From Microbacteriaceae bacterium (lineage in GTDB: Bacteria; Actinomycetota; Actinomycetes; Actinomycetales; Microbacteriaceae), in NCBI GenBank assembly GCA_009780695.1, contig WQZN01000011.1, positions 18,456 to 82,455 on the forward strand: a DNA stretch of 64,000 bases. Direction: 5' to 3'. Made by a program: the position numbers and the translations under genes. This document shows, piece after piece, positions 58,714 to 64,000 of the stretch. A model generated the notes under the pieces. It had not been told where the DNA came from. It made no database searches and worked only from the letters and a program-made list of their open reading frames with translations. Position 1 is the first letter of the stretch. Every line of letters starts with the position of its first letter.

Positions 58714-59100
58714 TTACTTGAGGGTGACGGTCGCGCCGGCCTCTTCGAGGGCAGCCTTGGCCTTCTCGGCGGTCTCCTTGTTGGCACCCTCGATGACGGC
58801 CTTGGGGGCGCCATCGACGACGGCCTTGGCCTCGCCGAGGCCGAGCGAGGTGAGCTCGCGGACAACCTTGATGACCTGGATCTTCTTGTCACCGGCGGCC
58901 TCGAGGACGACGTCGAAGGAGTCCTTCTCCTCGACCTCTTCAGCAGCGGCGCCACCGGCGGCCGGAGCGGCAGCAACGGCGACGGGGGCGGCGGCGGTGA
59001 CCTCGAAGGTCTCCTCGAACGCCTTGACGAACTCGCTCAGCTCGATGAGCGTGAGGCCCTTGAACTGCTCGAGCAGCTCCTCGGTGGAAAGCTTTGCCAT
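58714..59100 (-). CDS. rplL: 50S ribosomal protein L7/L12
   Basis: [31 protein letters not shown]. Confidence 0.98.
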   Translation of the reverse strand: MAKLSTEELLEQFKGLTLIELSEFVKAFEETFEVTAAAPVAVAAAPAAGGAAAEEVEEKDSFDVVLEAAGDKKIQVIKVVRELTSLGLGEAKAVVDGAPKAVIEGANKETAEKAKAALEEAGATVTLK

Positions 59101-59159
59101 TTTTCTTCTCCTTAGTGAATGTGTATTCACCGCGGCGCGGTTCCGAACGGGTCGGAAAC

Positions 59160-59675
59160 CTACGCAGCGGACTCCTGCTTCTCACGCAGCGCGTCGACGG
59201 TGCGAACAGCCTTCGACAGCGGGGCGTTGAACAGATATGCGGCGCCGAACAGCGAGGCCTTGAAGGCACCGGCCAGCTTGGCCAGCAGCACCTCACGGCT
59301 CTCGAGGTCGGCGAGCTTGCCAACCTCTTCCGCGGTCAGCGGCTTGCCATCGAAGTAGCCGCCCTTGACCACGAGGAGAGGGTTTGCCTTGGCAAAGTCG
59401 CGCAGACCCTTCGCGACGGCGACCGGGTCACCGTGCACGAATGCGATCGCGGACGGGCCGACGAGTTCATCGTCGAACGCCGTGATACCGGCGTTGTTCG
59501 CCGCGATCTTGGACAGCGTGTTCTTCACCACGGCGTACGACGCGTCGCTGCTGATCGAGCGGCGCAGTTCGCGCAGCTTCGCAACAGACAGACCGCGGTA
59601 CTCAGTCAGCAGAACGGCAGTCGAGCTCTGGAAGAGTTCCGTGAGCTCGGCAACCGCGGCTTCCTTGTTCGCCAT
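59160..59675 (-). CDS. rplJ: 50S ribosomal protein L10
   Basis: [26 protein letters not shown]; AAGGAG RBS. Confidence 0.98.
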   Translation of the reverse strand: MANKEAAVAELTELFQSSTAVLLTEYRGLSVAKLRELRRSISSDASYAVVKNTLSKIAANNAGITAFDDELVGPSAIAFVHGDPVAVAKGLRDFAKANPLLVVKGGYFDGKPLTAEEVGKLADLESREVLLAKLAGAFKASLFGAAYLFNAPLSKAVRTVDALREKQESAA

Positions 59676-59744
59676 GGCCACTCCTTATGAATTCACAACC
59701 CGAGGCGGATGCCCCAGGCGGCCGCAGCCCGCAAGGAAAGGAGA

Positions 59745-59875
59745 TGAAAAAAGCTCCGGCGCATGCGCACGGAGCTTGCCGATCAGAAGATCGGGAGGAA
59801 CGTACACCTGCGCGGGTCGCCTCTTTCGAGGACCTTATTCCGGGCATGCCCGGAAACCTACGGTCTTTGGCTTGT
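59745..59875 (-). ncRNA. L10 ribosomal-protein leader with terminator-like hairpin
   Basis: AAAGACCGTAGG...CCCGCGCAGG leader motifs, then AAGCTCCG..CGGAGCTTTTTT upstream of rplJ. Confidence 0.75.
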
Positions 59876-59977
59876 CTCAAGCGTAAGCGAGGGCGGGCGG
59901 CCTCGACAAATCGAGACCGCCCGGCTCAGCTTCTTCCCAGTGCCGCACGATCGCCCCGACCTGCGGCGACGGCGTTC

Positions 59978-60835
59978 TCAGACGTGGTCGCGCCAGGTGT
60001 GCTGGGGGTCGTACCCGAGCACCCGTCGCGCCTTATCGATCGAGAGCATGGTGTCGTTGACCCCGAGCTCGCCGCGCACCTCGACGCCGGGGAACACCTC
60101 GGCGACGAGCTCGGCGTTGGGCCGCGTCATCACGGTGTCGGGCGAGGCGATGACGAAGGTCTCGAAGCCCGGCTCGGAGTGCTCGAGGCCCTTGAGCACC
60201 GCCTGGGCGGCATCCCGCGCGTCGATGTAGCCCCACAGGTTCCATTTGCGCAGCGTCGCGTCCGCGTCGAAGGCGGGGAACGCCGCGTAGTCGGCCACGT
60301 CCATCACGTTCGAGAAGCGCAGCCCGACGATCTTGAGGTCGGGGTACCAGCGCGCGAGCTGCTCGGCCTGCTTCTCTTCGAGCAGCTTGTTGAGGGAGTA
60401 CACCGACTCGGGCAGCTCGACCGCCTCGTCGACGGGGATGTAGGGCGGCGGCGTGATGTACGGCAGGCCGAGGATCGTCTCGCTCGAGGCGAAGACGATG
60501 TTGCGGATGCCGAGCCGCGTCGCGGCATGCAGGACGTTGAAGCTCACGAGCGCGTTGTTGTGGAACGTCTCGGCGTCGCTCACGATGTTCGGCGCGGGGA
60601 TCGCGGCGAGGTGCACGACGGCGTCGTACGGCGTGGCCCCGGTCGGGTATGCGCCGTCGCGCACACCCGAGAGCGCTGAGACCACGGCGCCGTAGTCGGT
60701 CAGGTCGACCAGGAGGAAACCGGAACCGCGCACACCCGCGCGGTCGAAGTTGGTCACCTCGTGCCCCGCGTCGCGCAGGTACTTCAGGACGTTGGTGCCG
60801 AGCTTGCCCGTGCCGCCGGTGAGCGCGATCTTCAT
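59978..60835 (-). CDS. NAD-dependent epimerase/dehydratase
   Basis: TGGTGKLG, VVHLAA, FASS, YSLNK, LRFSNV. Confidence 0.9.
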   Translation of the reverse strand: MKIALTGGTGKLGTNVLKYLRDAGHEVTNFDRAGVRGSGFLLVDLTDYGAVVSALSGVRDGAYPTGATPYDAVVHLAAIPAPNIVSDAETFHNNALVSFNVLHAATRLGIRNIVFASSETILGLPYITPPPYIPVDEAVELPESVYSLNKLLEEKQAEQLARWYPDLKIVGLRFSNVMDVADYAAFPAFDADATLRKWNLWGYIDARDAAQAVLKGLEHSEPGFETFVIASPDTVMTRPNAELVAEVFPGVEVRGELGVNDTMLSIDKARRVLGYDPQHTWRDHV

Positions 60836-60896
60836 TGACTGCTCCAAGGGATCGAATCGATACGACGACTCTCAGCCTAGCGAGCCGCGCACCCGC

Positions 60897-62504
60897 CTAG
60901 TCGACGGCAGGCTCGGGCGCGGCCGCGATCGGCGCGGCGTGCAGCCACACGTTGAAGACGGTCCGGCCGGGGGCGCTCTCGACCGAGATCGAGCCGTGGT
61001 GCGCGTCCACCACGGCCTTCACGATCGCGAGGCCGAGTCCGGTCGAACCGGTGTTCCGCGAGCGCGAGGTGTCGCCGCGCGCGAAGCGCTCGAAGAGCAC
61101 GGGCTGGAGTTCGGCGGGGATGCCGGGGCCGTCGTCCGCGACGGTGACCAGCACACCGCCTCGGTCGATGCGCATGCCCAGCTCGACGGTCGTGCCGGCC
61201 GGGGTGTGCACGCGCGCGTTCGTGAGCAGGTTCGCGAACACCTGGTGCAGTCGGGCCTGGTCGCCGATCGCCTCGACGGGCTCGGGCGGCAGGTCGAGGC
61301 GCCACTGGTGGTCGGAACCCGCCGCATGCGCATCCGAGAGCACGTCGATGAGCAGCATCGAGAGGTCGACGGGCTCGTGGTCGAGCTCGCGGCCCTCGTC
61401 GAGGCGCGCGAGCAGCAGCAGGTCCTCGACCATGGCCGTCATGCGCTTCGCTTCGGACTCGATGCGGGCGAGCGAGTGCTGCGCGTCCGGCGTGACGACC
61501 TCGCCGGAACGACGGGTGAGCTCGGAGTAGCCGCGGATCGCCGCGAGCGGCGTGCGCAGCTCGTGCGAGGCGTCCGAGATGAACTGGCGCACCTTGCGCT
61601 CGCTCGCCTCGCGGACTTCGAGGGCGGATGCCACATGCCCCAGCATCGCGTTGAAGGCGCTGCCCACGCGCCCGACCTCGGTGCGCGGGTCGGTGTCCAC
61701 GTCGGCCACCCGCACGCGCAGCGCGACCTCGCCGCGGTCGAGCGGCAGCGTCGAGACCGTCGTCGCCGCGCCGGCCACACGGTCGAGCGGGCGCAACGAC
61801 AGCCTGACGGTCAGGAGCCCGAGACCGGCGGCCGCGAGGCTCGCGGCGATGATGGCGAGCAGCATCGTGACCGCGAGGTGCGCCGTCGTGGCCTCGGCCT
61901 CGTCGAGCGGCAGCCCGATGACGAGCTGCTGACCGCCGAGCATCGCCTGCGACTCGACCCGGTAGATGCCGAGGGTGCCACCGAGGTCGACGGTCGTGGG
62001 CGCGCGCTCCTTGAGCGCGGTCATCTTCGCCGCGAAGTCGGTACCGACCACCGGGCGCGACTGGATCTCGGTGCCGGTCGGCAGGTACGCGGCGTCGACG
62101 GCGCCGTTGGCGATCAGCACCGCGAAGGTGCCCCCGGGCTGGCCGGTCGCCGTCACGATGTCGGAGGCCGACGCGGGCGCCCCATGGGTGAAGCCGGCGA
62201 CCGCGAGGTCGAGCCCCCGCTCGCTCGCATAGCCGAGCTGGACGTCGACGCGGTCGATCAGGTAGTTGTGCAGCAGCACCACGCTGACCGAGCCGATTCC
62301 GACGCCGAGCACGGCGACGAGGGCGACGACGGCGGCGACCAGCTTCCGGCGCAGCGTCCAGGAGCGGAACCAGGACCGCAGCCTCCTCGGCAGCAGGCGC
62401 ACGGCATCCACCACCCCTCGGACGAGGTGCGGCGACGCCGTCTCGGTGTTCGTCGGCACCGAGGCGGCGGGCACGAGCCCGACCCCGTGTGCCGACTCGG
62501 TCAT
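60897..62504 (-). CDS. HAMP sensor histidine kinase (TcrY/TrcS-like)
   Basis: DASHELRTPL, NLLTNA, DDGPG, FERF, GLGLAI. Confidence 0.93.
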   Translation of the reverse strand: MTESAHGVGLVPAASVPTNTETASPHLVRGVVDAVRLLPRRLRSWFRSWTLRRKLVAAVVALVAVLGVGIGSVSVVLLHNYLIDRVDVQLGYASERGLDLAVAGFTHGAPASASDIVTATGQPGGTFAVLIANGAVDAAYLPTGTEIQSRPVVGTDFAAKMTALKERAPTTVDLGGTLGIYRVESQAMLGGQQLVIGLPLDEAEATTAHLAVTMLLAIIAASLAAAGLGLLTVRLSLRPLDRVAGAATTVSTLPLDRGEVALRVRVADVDTDPRTEVGRVGSAFNAMLGHVASALEVREASERKVRQFISDASHELRTPLAAIRGYSELTRRSGEVVTPDAQHSLARIESEAKRMTAMVEDLLLLARLDEGRELDHEPVDLSMLLIDVLSDAHAAGSDHQWRLDLPPEPVEAIGDQARLHQVFANLLTNARVHTPAGTTVELGMRIDRGGVLVTVADDGPGIPAELQPVLFERFARGDTSRSRNTGSTGLGLAIVKAVVDAHHGSISVESAPGRTVFNVWLHAAPIAAAPEPAVD

Positions 62505-63250
62505 TCCGCCGCCTTCACCATGTACCCGGCGCCGCGCACCGTGTGGATCATGGGCTTCCGACCCGCGTCGATCTTCTTGCGCAGGTACGAGATGTAGAGC
62601 TCGACGACGCTCGAGGTGCCGCCGAAGTCGTACGACCACACCCGGTCGAGGATCTGGGCCTTCGAGAGCACGCGGCGCGGGTTGCGCATGAGATAGCGCA
62701 GCAGCTCGAACTCCGTTGCGGTGAGGCTGATCTGCTCGCCCCCACGGGTCACCTCGTAGCTGTCCTCGTCGAGCACGAGGTCGCCCACGACGATGCGCGG
62801 GTCGCTCGTGTCGGCGAGCAGCGCACGCGAGCGGCGCAGCAGGCTGCGCAGACGGGCGACGAGCTCTTCGAGGCTGAACGGCTTGGTGACGTAGTCGTCG
62901 CCGCCCGCGGTGAGACCGGCGATGCGGTCGTCGAGCGAGTCCTTCGCCGTGAGGAACAGCACGGGCGTCTCGTTGCCGCCCTCGCGGATGCGGCGCATGA
63001 CCTGCAGGCCGTCGAAGTCGGGCAGCATGATGTCGAGCACGACGGCGTCCGGCTTGAACTCACGTGCGAGCGTCACCGCCTGGTGACCGGTCCCCGCGCT
63101 CTTGACGTCCCAGCCCTCGTAGCGCAGCGCCATCTGCAGCAGATCGGTCAGCGTGTTCTCGTCGTCGACGACGAGCACGCGGATCGGCGAGCCGTCGGCG
63201 TGGTGCAGATGTGCCTGGGCGGCGCGCGAGTCAGACAGGTCGATGCTCAT
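62501..63250 (-). CDS. OmpR-family response regulator (TcrX/TrcR-like)
   Basis: VLVVDDE, LDIMLP, KPF, ELYISYLRKKI, TVRGAGY. Confidence 0.95.
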   Translation of the reverse strand: MSIDLSDSRAAQAHLHHADGSPIRVLVVDDENTLTDLLQMALRYEGWDVKSAGTGHQAVTLAREFKPDAVVLDIMLPDFDGLQVMRRIREGGNETPVLFLTAKDSLDDRIAGLTAGGDDYVTKPFSLEELVARLRSLLRRSRALLADTSDPRIVVGDLVLDEDSYEVTRGGEQISLTATEFELLRYLMRNPRRVLSKAQILDRVWSYDFGGTSSVVELYISYLRKKIDAGRKPMIHTVRGAGYMVKAAE

Positions 63251-63282
63251 TCTGCTGATTATCCGCCCGAGGTTCCGAGCGC

Positions 63283-63311
63283 CCTATGGCGAAATTATGT
63301 CTTAGCTGTGA
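63283..63311 (-). promoter_or_regulatory. Putative OmpR-family autoregulatory direct repeats
   Basis: TCACAGC-N4-ACATAAT-N4-CCATAGG with 11-bp period. Confidence 0.45.
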
Positions 63312-63383
63312 ACCGCGCCCCGGGTGTGTGAGCGACGGCCGAAGGCCTTGTCTCGGAACCCGTTGAATCAGGTCGAGGATGCC

Positions 63384-64000
63384 TTACTGCTGCCCGATGT
63401 CGTGCAGCACCTGGCGCATGGCGTCCGCGCTGCGGTGGAACGCCGCGTGTTCCGATTCGTCCATCGTCACCGGCAGCACCCGCTCCACGCCTCCCGCGCC
63501 GAGCACGCACGGCACCGACAGCGCGACGCCGTCCACGCCCTCGTAGTTCCGCAGCCGCGTCGTGACGGGGGCGATCATGTGCTCGTCGCGCAGAACCGCC
63601 TCGACCAGGCGCACGCCCGCGAGTCCGATGGCGTAGTTCGTGGCGCCCTTGCCGGCGATGATGGCGTAGGCCGACTGCACCGCCTGGCTCGCGAGATCGG
63701 CGAGCCGGGCGTCGTCGAAGATCTTGGCTCCGGTCTCGTCCGTCCATGCGCGGATGGGCGAGCCGCCGATGAGCGCATTCGACCACAGCGGGAACTCGCT
63801 GTCGCCGTGCTCGCCGAGGATCATCGCCGTGACATCGCGCGGTGCGATGCCGGCCGCCTCCGCCACGAGCCAGCGCAGCCGCGCCGAGTCGAGCTCGGTG
63901 CCCGAGCCGAACACCTGGCCGCGACGCAGGCCGGCGACGTCCTCGGCCACGACGGTCAGCACGTCGACCGGGTTGGTGACGATGATGTACACGGCGTCGG
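63384..64000 (-). CDS. ldh: L-lactate dehydrogenase, 5' part outside the window
   Basis: VTNPVD, GSGTELDSARL, LGEHGDSE, KGATNYAIG. Confidence 0.9.
   Translation of the reverse strand, partial: DAVYIIVTNPVDVLTVVAEDVAGLRRGQVFGSGTELDSARLRWLVAEAAGIAPRDVTAMILGEHGDSEFPLWSNALIGGSPIRAWTDETGAKIFDDARLADLASQAVQSAYAIIAGKGATNYAIGLAGVRLVEAVLRDEHMIAPVTTRLRNYEGVDGVALSVPCVLGAGGVERVLPVTMDESEHAAFHRSADAMRQVLHDIGQQ

Noticed and set aside
58714-59675. rplJL separated from rplKA and rpoB
   Set aside because: Common in actinobacteria; not evidence of a recent rearrangement.

Overview
High-GC actinobacterial chromosome segment; gene content and the rplJL context suggest Microbacteriaceae (inference). About 45 kb is a carbohydrate-catabolism region with six LacI regulators, one RpiR, four ATPase-less sugar ABC importers, a GH3/GH10/xylA/xylB xylan-xylose module, an NgcEFG-like amino-sugar locus, and two hydrolase-free clusters built from Gfo/Idh/MocA oxidoreductases, TIM-barrel isomerase-like proteins, ThuA, DUF993, a PmoA-like protein and a cupin. 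The right end is housekeeping (rplJL with L10 leader, a two-component system, partial ldh). I saw no transposase, integrase, tRNA, rRNA or CRISPR array. The best candidate for an undescribed system is a two-gene operon at 48.4-50.5 kb. It encodes a TasA/camelysin-like fibre subunit and a SipW-type signal peptidase fused, via a second internal signal peptide and a donor-strand-like segment, to a LamG lectin domain: a putative self-processing adhesive fibre. Other notable items are pervasive GGATGCC/GGCATCC enrichment, a remnant of a deleted ABC permease, a MerR-type promoter driving merR-trxA, and a 56-bp perfect palindrome. All product calls come from motif recognition by eye; no searches were run.
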